Shown in pieces: positions 48,876-56,361 of a stretch of 64,000 nucleotides of DNA. Source of the stretch: Lentimicrobiaceae bacterium (GTDB lineage Bacteria > Bacteroidota > Bacteroidia > Bacteroidales > UBA4417); the NCBI GenBank assembly GCA_041660125.1, contig JBAZWY010000003.1, positions 164,030-228,029 on the forward strand. The letters are read 5' to 3'. Under the pieces are notes generated by a model that saw nothing but the letters and a program-made list of their open reading frames with translations, did no database searches and had not been told where the DNA came from. Both the position numbers and the translations under genes were made by a program. The first letter of the stretch is position 1. Every line of letters begins with the position of its first letter.

Positions 48876-48942
48876 CAAAGTTCAGTTAGTAATGCCGGAT
48901 ATCTGTTACACAACTTTATATTAAAGTTATATAATTCACACA
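48876..48942 (-). promoter_or_regulatory. Island promoter module P5
   Basis: The minus strand reads TGTGTGAATTATATAAC-N12-TTGTGTAACAG-N19-GAACTTTG. It lies 55 nt upstream of the start at 48821. Confidence 0.78.
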
Positions 48943-48986
48943 TCAATTGACTGAAAATGAGTTGTAAAAGATAATCAAGATGAAAA

Positions 48987-49053
48987 TGTGTGAATGATGT
49001 AACTCTTGAATTTAATTGTGTAACGCATTGTAAAATTTCCCGACAGTACTTTG
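48987..49053 (+). promoter_or_regulatory. Island promoter module P6, back-to-back with P5
   Basis: Sequence is TGTGTGAATGATGTAAC-N12-TTGTGTAACGC-N19-GTACTTTG. Confidence 0.78.
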
Positions 49054-49090
49054 CAAAGTGAAAATATTATCACGAACTAATCCAGACACA

Positions 49091-51136
49091 ATGAAAATAA
49101 ACCGAACAAGATTTTGGATGACTACAGTCGTAGCCGTCCTATCCTTTGCAGCAATCATGACTGCTTGCAAAAAAGATGACTACATTGATCCCGTTTATGT
49201 ATGCCCGATTGTTGTATCAACAAACCCGGCTGATGCTGCTACTTCCGTACCTCTCCGTCAGGTTATCAGTGCAACCTTTAATGAAGAGATGGACCCGGCA
49301 ACGATCGACCAGGCATCTTTTATCTTAACAAGTGGGTTAAAATCGAGTGAAGCAATCACAGGTATCCTTACCTACGACAATACAAATGCTACGATGAGTT
49401 TTACGCCAACCACTCCGCTCACATCCAACACAACTTATACCGGAAGGATTAAAACCACGGTTAAAGATTTAGCAGGTACACCATTACAAACTGATTATGT
49501 TTGGACATTTAGCACTGGGGTGGTTCTGTCGCCAACAATTATTTCGACTGACCCGGTAAATAATGCCCTGAATGTTTTCCTTAACACAGATGTAGAGGCA
49601 AATTTTAGTGTTGCAATGGATCCGACCACTATTACTCAAACAAGCTTTACCTTAAAACAAGGTACAACTTTAATTGCAGGCGCCGTTACATATAGTGGTA
49701 CAAAAGCAGTATTTACACCTACCGTTGCTTTGACGCCAGGTACTGTTTATACCGGAACTATTACTACTGAAGCCAGGAATGTTCCAGGTGCGCAATTGAT
49801 GGCTGATTATGTTTGGACATTTACAACAGGTGCTTATATTGCACCATTAGTAAGTTCTACTAGCCCGGCAAATAATGCCTTGGGTGTAGCTCTTAATAAA
49901 ACCGTAACTGCAACGTTTAGCGTTACAATGAATCCTGGGACCATTAATACCACAACCTTTACATTAAAACAAGGTACAACACCAATTGCAGGCGTAGTTA
50001 TCTATTCAGGAACAACAGCTTCGTTTAATCCTACTGTTGATCTTTTACCAGGTACAGTTTACACTGCTACAATTACTACCGGTGCAGCAAGTACATCAGC
50101 TATGAAACTGGCTGCTGACTATGTTTGGACATTTACCACTGCAAATCTTACTGATCCTCTTGTTATTTCTACCGACCCTGCAGACAATGCATCAGGAGTA
50201 GCTCTTAACAAAATTGTAACAGCAGATTTTAATATGACAATGGATTTGTTGACCATTACTTCGACAACCTTTACATTGATGCAAGGGACAACGCCGGTTG
50301 ATGGAACAGTTTCGTATGCTGGTACAACTGCAACTTTTGCTCCATTGAGTGATCTTTTGCCAGGTACTAATTATACAGCAACGATTACTACCGGAGCTAT
50401 GAATCTTGCTGGTACTGCACTGGCCGATAACTATTCATGGACCTTCAGGACCACAGGTGGCGCAATTGTTCCTCCAGTTATTAATCTTGGAGCGGCTGAT
50501 GATTTCGGAATTCTTGCAGGTGTAGGAGTTAGTAATGCAGCTGGCTTTAGTGTAATATATAATATGAATGTTGGTATTTACCCTGGACTTCGTTCATCAG
50601 TTACCGGATTCCCACCTGCAACCGTAGTGAACGGCGCAATTTTTGCCGCTGACGACATTGCTCCTCCGGGAGTTGCTGCCATGCTTCTACAGGCTAAAAC
50701 TGACCTCACCGCTGCATATCTTTTTGCAGAAGGAGCAACTTCACCGGCACCAGCTACAGTATCAGGTGATCAGGGTGGTAAAACACTTGCACCTGGTATC
50801 TATAAATCAACTTCTACCTTATTAATTCAATCAGGTGATTTAACACTTGATGGACAGGGTGATCCGAATGCAGTTTGGATATTCCAGATCGCATCTGACT
50901 TTACTACAGTTGGCGGAGCAGGCGGAAGTGTTATCCTCAGCGGAGGCGCCCAGGCTAAAAACGTTTACTGGCAGACAGGTAGTTCCGCTACCATCGGCGA
51001 CTATACCGTGTTCCAGGGAAATGTTCTGGCTCTGACATCCATAACAATGAATTCGCATGCAACAGCAGTAGGCCGGATGCTTGCCAGGAATGGTGCCGTA
51101 GTAATGACACACACAAACACAATAACAAAACCATAA
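49091..51136 (+). CDS. Lipoprotein with five Ig-like (SbsA/Big_5-type) repeats and a C-terminal DUF3494 ice-binding-fold domain
   Basis: I moved the start to the ATG at 49091 because the track's GTG at 49058 abuts the P6 -7 box. The lipobox is AIMTAC. There are five ~100-aa repeats, each ending in DYVWTF(S/T)T. The C-terminus reads LGAADDFGILAG...PGIYKS...DPNAVWIFQI...AQAKNVYWQTGSSATIG...GRMLARNGAV, typical of DUF3494. Confidence 0.8.
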   Translation: MKINRTRFWMTTVVAVLSFAAIMTACKKDDYIDPVYVCPIVVSTNPADAATSVPLRQVISATFNEEMDPATIDQASFILTSGLKSSEAITGILTYDNTNATMSFTPTTPLTSNTTYTGRIKTTVKDLAGTPLQTDYVWTFSTGVVLSPTIISTDPVNNALNVFLNTDVEANFSVAMDPTTITQTSFTLKQGTTLIAGAVTYSGTKAVFTPTVALTPGTVYTGTITTEARNVPGAQLMADYVWTFTTGAYIAPLVSSTSPANNALGVALNKTVTATFSVTMNPGTINTTTFTLKQGTTPIAGVVIYSGTTASFNPTVDLLPGTVYTATITTGAASTSAMKLAADYVWTFTTANLTDPLVISTDPADNASGVALNKIVTADFNMTMDLLTITSTTFTLMQGTTPVDGTVSYAGTTATFAPLSDLLPGTNYTATITTGAMNLAGTALADNYSWTFRTTGGAIVPPVINLGAADDFGILAGVGVSNAAGFSVIYNMNVGIYPGLRSSVTGFPPATVVNGAIFAADDIAPPGVAAMLLQAKTDLTAAYLFAEGATSPAPATVSGDQGGKTLAPGIYKSTSTLLIQSGDLTLDGQGDPNAVWIFQIASDFTTVGGAGGSVILSGGAQAKNVYWQTGSSATIGDYTVFQGNVLALTSITMNSHATAVGRMLARNGAVVMTHTNTITKP

Positions 51137-51146
51137 TACTAAATAT

Positions 51147-53195
51147 ATGAAATTGATAACTAATTTTAAAAAGGGACCGCGCAAGGCGTGGTCCCCTTAT
51201 ACCCTGATCGTTAAAGGCGTTGTTATCAGTGCTTTTATGCTAATCGGCATCAACGCATCATTACAGGCGCAGGAAACTGAATACACAAGACCTTCGTGGT
51301 TGTTTGGTGTAGCAGGAGGTGCAAATTTTAACTTCTATAACGGATCTACACATCAATTAGATGCAAACTTCGCTCCTCCGGTAACATTTCATGAGGGCCA
51401 GGGTATCGGTCTGTTTGTCGCACCTCTTATTGAGTATCATCGTCCGGATTCAAGACTGGGTTTCATGTTACAGGGAGGCTTAGACAACCGTCAGGGAAAA
51501 TTTGACCAGGTAAAAGCACCTTGTAACTGCCCGGCAGATTTAGAAACAGACATAAGCTATGTTACCATTGAACCAAGCCTGAGACTTGCGCCTTTCAAAT
51601 CGGATTTTTATTTGTACGCCGGCCCGCGCTTCGCTTACAATATATCAAAATCCTATACCTATAAGCTGGGATTAAATCCTGCATATCCTGATCAGGAGCC
51701 TACTGCTGATGTTACAGGCGATTTAAGTGATGTTAATGATATGCAGATTTCAATGCAGGTCGGGGCAGGATATGATATCCAGCTTTCATCCACAAGCCAA
51801 CAAACACAATGGGTGCTCTCCCCTTTTGTTTCTTTCCAGCCTTATTTTGGACAGACCCCACGTTCAATTGAAACGTTGAATATAACTACCATAAGAGCGG
51901 GTGTTGCACTTAAACTTGGACGTGGCCGCGAAATACCGGCACCTGCAAAGGTTGAAGAAATTGCACCTGTTGTAGTTGTTGCAGTTGTACCTGAGGTTAA
52001 GTTTATGGTGAACTCACCTAAGAATGTTCCTGCAGAACTTAAAGTAACCGAAGTATTCCCAATACGTAACTATGTATTCTTCGATTTGGGATCTAAAGAG
52101 ATTCCTAAGCGGTATGTATTGCTCCAAAAGGATGAGGTAAAAGATTTCAGGGAAGATCAACTTGAATCAAGCAAGCCTAAAAACATAGAAGGTCGTTCAG
52201 ATCGTCAGATGGTTGTTTATTATAACATCCTGAATATACTCGGCGACCGCATGGTAAAGAATCCTTCGACTACCGTTACATTGGTCGGATCGTCGCGGGA
52301 AGGCAGCAAAGATGGCCGCGAAATGGCAGAATCGATAAACACATACCTTGTAAATGTATTCGGAATCAGTGGTTCGAGAATTACTGTTAAAGGCCAGAGC
52401 AGACCTGATGTTCCATCTGAACAACCAGGCGGTTCAAAAGAACTTGTACTCCTTCGTGAAGGTGACCGCAGAGTATCTATCGAAAGCAAATCACCTGAAC
52501 TGTTGATGGAATTCCAGAGTGGACCTGATGCATCGCTGAAACCAGTCGTTATCGCAACTATACCGGAAGCTCCTGTTGAAAGCTATATTACTTTCGAGAG
52601 TATAGGTGCAACAGAAGCCTACAAGTCGTGGAGGCTGGAAATAAGGGACGAAAAAGGAACAGTTCAGAATTTCGGACCTTATTACCAGGATTCAGTCAGC
52701 ATACCTACAAAATCAATACTTGGCACAAGACCGTCAGGCGACTATAAAGTGAAAATGGTTGCTGATACCAAAGCTGGCAGGATCGAAGAGAAGGAATCTA
52801 CAGTACACATGGTACTATGGACACCACCACAAACCAAAGAAGGAATGAGATTCAGCATATTGTATGAATTCAATAAATCGAAGGCTACTGATATGTATGA
52901 AAAGTATCTTTCTGAAATTGTAACACCAAAAATTCCTTCTGGCGGAACAGTTATTATCCAGGGCCATACCGATATTATCGGTGGTGAAGAAAATAACGTA
53001 GAACTTTCAGTTGCCAGGGCTAATGATGTAAAGGGCATTCTCGAAAAGAGCCTTACAAAAGCTGGCAGAAGCGATGTTAAATTTCAGGTTAACGGATTTG
53101 GTGAAGATGAGAAATCAGCACCATTCGAAAACAAATATCCTGAGGACCGCTTTTATAACCGTACTGTTATAATTGATATCATCCCCGTAAAATAA
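51147..53195 (+). CDS. Large OmpA-family outer-membrane protein (N-terminal beta-barrel, central region, C-terminal OmpA-like domain)
   Basis: 682 aa. The C-terminus is IIQGHTDIIGGEENNVELSVARANDVKGIL, a peptidoglycan-binding OmpA_C motif. A weaker OmpA-like segment occurs at VTLVGSSREGSKDGREMAESINTYL. Confidence 0.82.
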   Translation: MKLITNFKKGPRKAWSPYTLIVKGVVISAFMLIGINASLQAQETEYTRPSWLFGVAGGANFNFYNGSTHQLDANFAPPVTFHEGQGIGLFVAPLIEYHRPDSRLGFMLQGGLDNRQGKFDQVKAPCNCPADLETDISYVTIEPSLRLAPFKSDFYLYAGPRFAYNISKSYTYKLGLNPAYPDQEPTADVTGDLSDVNDMQISMQVGAGYDIQLSSTSQQTQWVLSPFVSFQPYFGQTPRSIETLNITTIRAGVALKLGRGREIPAPAKVEEIAPVVVVAVVPEVKFMVNSPKNVPAELKVTEVFPIRNYVFFDLGSKEIPKRYVLLQKDEVKDFREDQLESSKPKNIEGRSDRQMVVYYNILNILGDRMVKNPSTTVTLVGSSREGSKDGREMAESINTYLVNVFGISGSRITVKGQSRPDVPSEQPGGSKELVLLREGDRRVSIESKSPELLMEFQSGPDASLKPVVIATIPEAPVESYITFESIGATEAYKSWRLEIRDEKGTVQNFGPYYQDSVSIPTKSILGTRPSGDYKVKMVADTKAGRIEEKESTVHMVLWTPPQTKEGMRFSILYEFNKSKATDMYEKYLSEIVTPKIPSGGTVIIQGHTDIIGGEENNVELSVARANDVKGILEKSLTKAGRSDVKFQVNGFGEDEKSAPFENKYPEDRFYNRTVIIDIIPVK

Positions 53196-53221
53196 GTTTT
53201 CGGAGCGCAATTGTTTTTTAA

Positions 53222-53260
53222 AACAGCTGCCTGGTAGTATTATCAGGTAGCTGTTTTTTC
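53222..53260 (+). terminator. Rho-independent terminator after the OmpA-family gene
   Basis: Stem CAGCTGCCTG pairs with CAGGTAGCTG (one mismatch). TTTTTTC follows. Confidence 0.75.
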
Positions 53261-53283
53261 TTCCTAAAACTTAAACTTATCAA

Positions 53284-53350
53284 TGTGTGAATGATGTAAA
53301 TCTTTCCCATAATTGTGTAATGCTTTGCGGTGAGCAACGACTCACCTTTG
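53284..53350 (+). promoter_or_regulatory. Island promoter module P7
   Basis: Sequence is TGTGTGAATGATGTAAA-N12-TTGTGTAATGC-N19-CACCTTTG. Confidence 0.78.
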
Positions 53351-53386
53351 CAGTGTGAAAATCAACTCACAATAAAATCAGCTAAA

Positions 53387-53929
53387 ATGAAAACTTTAAA
53401 ATTAATTGTAATCGTAATGACGTTGTTTCTTGCAGGAACTACCCAGGCACAAGTATCGGTGAATGTGAATATTGGCTCGCCACCGATGTGGGGACCAGTT
53501 GGATATTCTAACGTTCAGTATTATTACCTCCCCGATGTGTATGCCTACTATGACATACATTCATCCATGTTTATTTATCAGAGTGGTGGAGTATGGGTTC
53601 ACAGAACTTACCTTCCAACCCGCTACAGAAATTATGATTTATACAATGGGTATAAAGTTGTAATGACTGACTATCATGGCAATGAACCTTATGTTCATTA
53701 CAGGGATTATAAAAGGCGATATGCAAAAGGCTATCACGGTCCGGCACAAAGAAATATTGGTGAAAGACCAGAAAACGGGTACTCAGGGACCAAAGGAAAT
53801 TCAAATAGACATTATAAAGAATCGAACCATGGCAATGTTAAAAGCAACGGTCAGAGAAATGCTAAAAGTAGCGGACATGGCAATAATAATAAGGGTGGTG
53901 GTCACGAAAAAGGACATCGTAAAAAATAA
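53387..53929 (+). CDS. Secreted Tyr-rich protein with a His/Asn/Gly/Lys-rich hydrophilic tail; unknown function
   Basis: I moved the start to the ATG at 53387 because the track's GTG at 53330 lies inside P7. The signal peptide is MKTLKLIVIVMTLFLAGTTQAQ. The tail reads GNSNRHYKESNHGNVKSNGQRNAKSSGHGNNNKGGGHEKGHRKK. Confidence 0.65.
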   Translation: MKTLKLIVIVMTLFLAGTTQAQVSVNVNIGSPPMWGPVGYSNVQYYYLPDVYAYYDIHSSMFIYQSGGVWVHRTYLPTRYRNYDLYNGYKVVMTDYHGNEPYVHYRDYKRRYAKGYHGPAQRNIGERPENGYSGTKGNSNRHYKESNHGNVKSNGQRNAKSSGHGNNNKGGGHEKGHRKK

Positions 53930-54011
53930 TACTTATTGGCACTTACAATCTTCAACCTTAAACATCAAAAAACCAATAACTTTAAAAACCAATAATTAAA
54001 CAAACAAACAA

Positions 54012-54548
54012 ATGAAAAAAATAGCTTTAGCATTACTGTTAGCCTTTTTAATATCAGGGCCAAATTTATTCGCCCAGAGAACCTATTCTACTGGACAATA
54101 TGGACACACCTTAAATGTCGGCCTTGGTATAGGAGGATATTACGGATATTATAATTATGGACATTCATTGCCGGTATTTAACATTAACTATGAATTTGAT
54201 GTGGCAAGAAATTTCACATTGGCTCCTTTTATTTCTTTTTCAACGTACAGAGATGATGCGAATTATTACCGTGAAACGATTATACCTATAGGTGTTAAAG
54301 GCACTTACTATTTCGATCAGATATTAGGTGCTGGCCCCGACTGGGATTTTTACCTTGCAGGATCTTTAGGGTTTTCTATTGTAAAAGAAACCTGGGATAA
54401 TGGGTATTCACACGATACATATTACCATAATGTAAATCCTTTGTTTCTTGACTTACATGTTGGAACAGAATATCACCTGAGTAAGAAGGTAGGATTATTC
54501 CTTGACCTTTCAACCGGTGTTTCAACTCTTGGTTTGTCATTTCGCTAG
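54012..54548 (+). CDS. Small outer-membrane beta-barrel protein
   Basis: 178 aa with a signal peptide. It shows an alternating aromatic/Gly strand pattern and ends in a C-terminal aromatic (LGLSFR). Confidence 0.65.
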   Translation: MKKIALALLLAFLISGPNLFAQRTYSTGQYGHTLNVGLGIGGYYGYYNYGHSLPVFNINYEFDVARNFTLAPFISFSTYRDDANYYRETIIPIGVKGTYYFDQILGAGPDWDFYLAGSLGFSIVKETWDNGYSHDTYYHNVNPLFLDLHVGTEYHLSKKVGLFLDLSTGVSTLGLSFR

Positions 54549-54591
54549 GCCTCATTAATAAGCGTTAGTTATCTAACAATCTAATTCCTGC

Positions 54592-54624
54592 AAAAACCCA
54601 TTTCAATTTGAAATGGGTTTTTGC
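54592..54624 (+). terminator. Rho-independent terminator
   Basis: The stem is AAAAACCCATTTC with loop aatt and GAAATGGGTTTTT. TGCG follows. Confidence 0.75.
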
Positions 54625-54695
54625 GTGTTTAATACAAAAGGAGTTTGGAAAAAAATATCAAAAACCATATGAGTTTAAACAACCCATTGCCTGAA

Positions 54696-54762
54696 TGTGT
54701 GAATAATGTAACTCTTTTACAAAATTGTGTAATGCTTTCAGGCAAATTGAGACTGATCTTTG
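54696..54762 (+). promoter_or_regulatory. Island promoter module P8
   Basis: Sequence is TGTGTGAATAATGTAAC-N12-TTGTGTAATGC-N19-GATCTTTG. Confidence 0.78.
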
Positions 54763-54802
54763 TATTCCGAAATTATTTAAACTAACTATAAAGACTAAAA
54801 TC

Positions 54803-55072
54803 ATGGGTACAAAAACATTATTAATCGGCGTTTTGGCCGGTGCTGCCGCTGGTGCTGTATTAGGGATTTTATACGCTCCGGATAAAGGCTCAAACACACG
54901 CAGGAGATTTTCGCGGAAAAGCTATGCTTATAGCGACGAACTGGAACAAAAATTCAACGATTTGATTGACAACATCACTGAACAATTTCAGACTGTTGTC
55001 GAAGAAGTTAACCTTATGGCTGACGCTGAAAGGCTTAAAACAGAAAAAGTAAAGACTGCTACTGCCAAATAA
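54803..55072 (+). CDS. YtxH-domain general-stress-type protein
   Basis: I moved the start to the ATG at 54803 because the track's start at 54725 lies inside P8. MGTKTLLIGVLAGAAAGAVLGILYAPDKGSNTRRR is the YtxH signature. Confidence 0.8.
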   Translation: MGTKTLLIGVLAGAAAGAVLGILYAPDKGSNTRRRFSRKSYAYSDELEQKFNDLIDNITEQFQTVVEEVNLMADAERLKTEKVKTATAK

Positions 55073-55181
55073 TGAAAAATGTGACAGTCAGGTTACTGCC
55101 AGCAGGATGTTACTCTATTGAATTCGGAAGTTGAAATACAATTCAGTTAAAAACAAGTGAATTATTTGCAATTCCCCTAAA

Positions 55182-55370
55182 ATGAAAACTATAAAAACAA
55201 TTGCGTTTTTACTGTTGTGCATTGGTCTTTTATATGGCACAACATCCTGCGTTGTATATCATACTAAACATGACAATGGAAAACATGCGGGATGGTACAA
55301 GAATTCCAATAACCCACATCATCCGTATAGCTCAAATCCAGGGCAATCAAAGGGGAACCATAAAAAATAA
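55182..55370 (+). CDS. Small lipoprotein with a His/Asn/Lys-rich hydrophilic tail
   Basis: 62 aa. The lipobox is LYGTTSC. The tail reads HDNGKHAGWYKNSNNPHHPYSSNPGQSKGNHKK. Confidence 0.6.
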   Translation: MKTIKTIAFLLLCIGLLYGTTSCVVYHTKHDNGKHAGWYKNSNNPHHPYSSNPGQSKGNHKK

Positions 55371-55426
55371 TTTCCTGAAGCTTAAAACTAATTCATAATA
55401 AAAACCAACAGAATAATTATTAGCTC

Positions 55427-55768
55427 ATGGAAACCACGGCAAATTCAATTGAATCGCTATTTGAGAAAGCTGAAGCTTATGGCAAAACAACCTATGAACT
55501 GTCGAAACTCAAGTTACTGGAGACGACTAACATAGTAGTTACATCATTGATTGCCAGGCTTAGTACTATTCTTATGATCTCAATGTTCTCATTTGTGTTG
55601 AGTATAGCTGTGGCATTATGGCTGGGCGATATACTCGGAAAAGCTTATTATGGTTTTTTTATCGTTGCAGGATTTTACCTTTTGGCTGGTGTGATATTGC
55701 ATTTTTTTCTTCACGGTTGGGTTAAAAAGCCAATCAGTGAATTGATCATCAAACAAGCGCTTCAATAA
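55427..55768 (+). CDS. Holin-X-like (phage holin 3_6 superfamily) two-TM membrane protein
   Basis: 113 aa. An amphipathic N-terminal helix (SIESLFEKAEAYGKTTYELSKLKLLE) is followed by two TM segments. In many Bacteroidota this type is commonly found next to YtxH genes. Confidence 0.6.
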   Translation: METTANSIESLFEKAEAYGKTTYELSKLKLLETTNIVVTSLIARLSTILMISMFSFVLSIAVALWLGDILGKAYYGFFIVAGFYLLAGVILHFFLHGWVKKPISELIIKQALQ

Positions 55769-55776
55769 TCGGTATC

Positions 55777-56226
55777 ATGCAAACAATAATTACACAAACC
55801 GATTTAAGAGCGGCCATACTTATGTTAGAAAGCAGGCAGGCTGAAGAAGGTAAATTGCTGAAAGAACAATTTCTTGTTGCAGTTGAAAGTATTAAACCTA
55901 TCAACCTGATTAAAAGCGCTTTTAGCGAAGCAGCTGAATCAACGGATTTACAGGACAACCTGATAAACTCAACAATTGGCATATCGGCCGGATACCTTTC
56001 GAAAGTACTCTTTCAAGGTGTTACAGGCAATCCAATTAAAAAAATTATCGGCACCGCTATAATGTTTGGAATTAAAAACCTGGTTGCAAAAAATCCTGAA
56101 GTCGTCAAATCAGGAGGAAGAGCAATATTTAATCTTATCAGGAATACTTTGAGAGAGAAAAATAATAAAGATCAGAATAACGAAGACTGGAAAACGGTTG
56201 ACCCAAAGTCTGCATCCCGAATATAA
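55777..56226 (+). CDS. Hypothetical protein, third member of the YtxH / Holin-X-like gene set
   Basis: 149 aa. The gene is co-oriented and starts 8 nt after the preceding gene. Confidence 0.55.
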   Translation: MQTIITQTDLRAAILMLESRQAEEGKLLKEQFLVAVESIKPINLIKSAFSEAAESTDLQDNLINSTIGISAGYLSKVLFQGVTGNPIKKIIGTAIMFGIKNLVAKNPEVVKSGGRAIFNLIRNTLREKNNKDQNNEDWKTVDPKSASRI

Positions 56227-56361
56227 TTTTATATCCTATGCTTGATTCATCCCGCGAAAGCGGAACAAGCCAGGGCCGCATGATGTCAGTAGTTTATTGT
56301 TGCGGATATTTATTTGTTTCACTCCTGGTTTAGAGCTACAGTTGTGCAGAAGTTCATCGCT

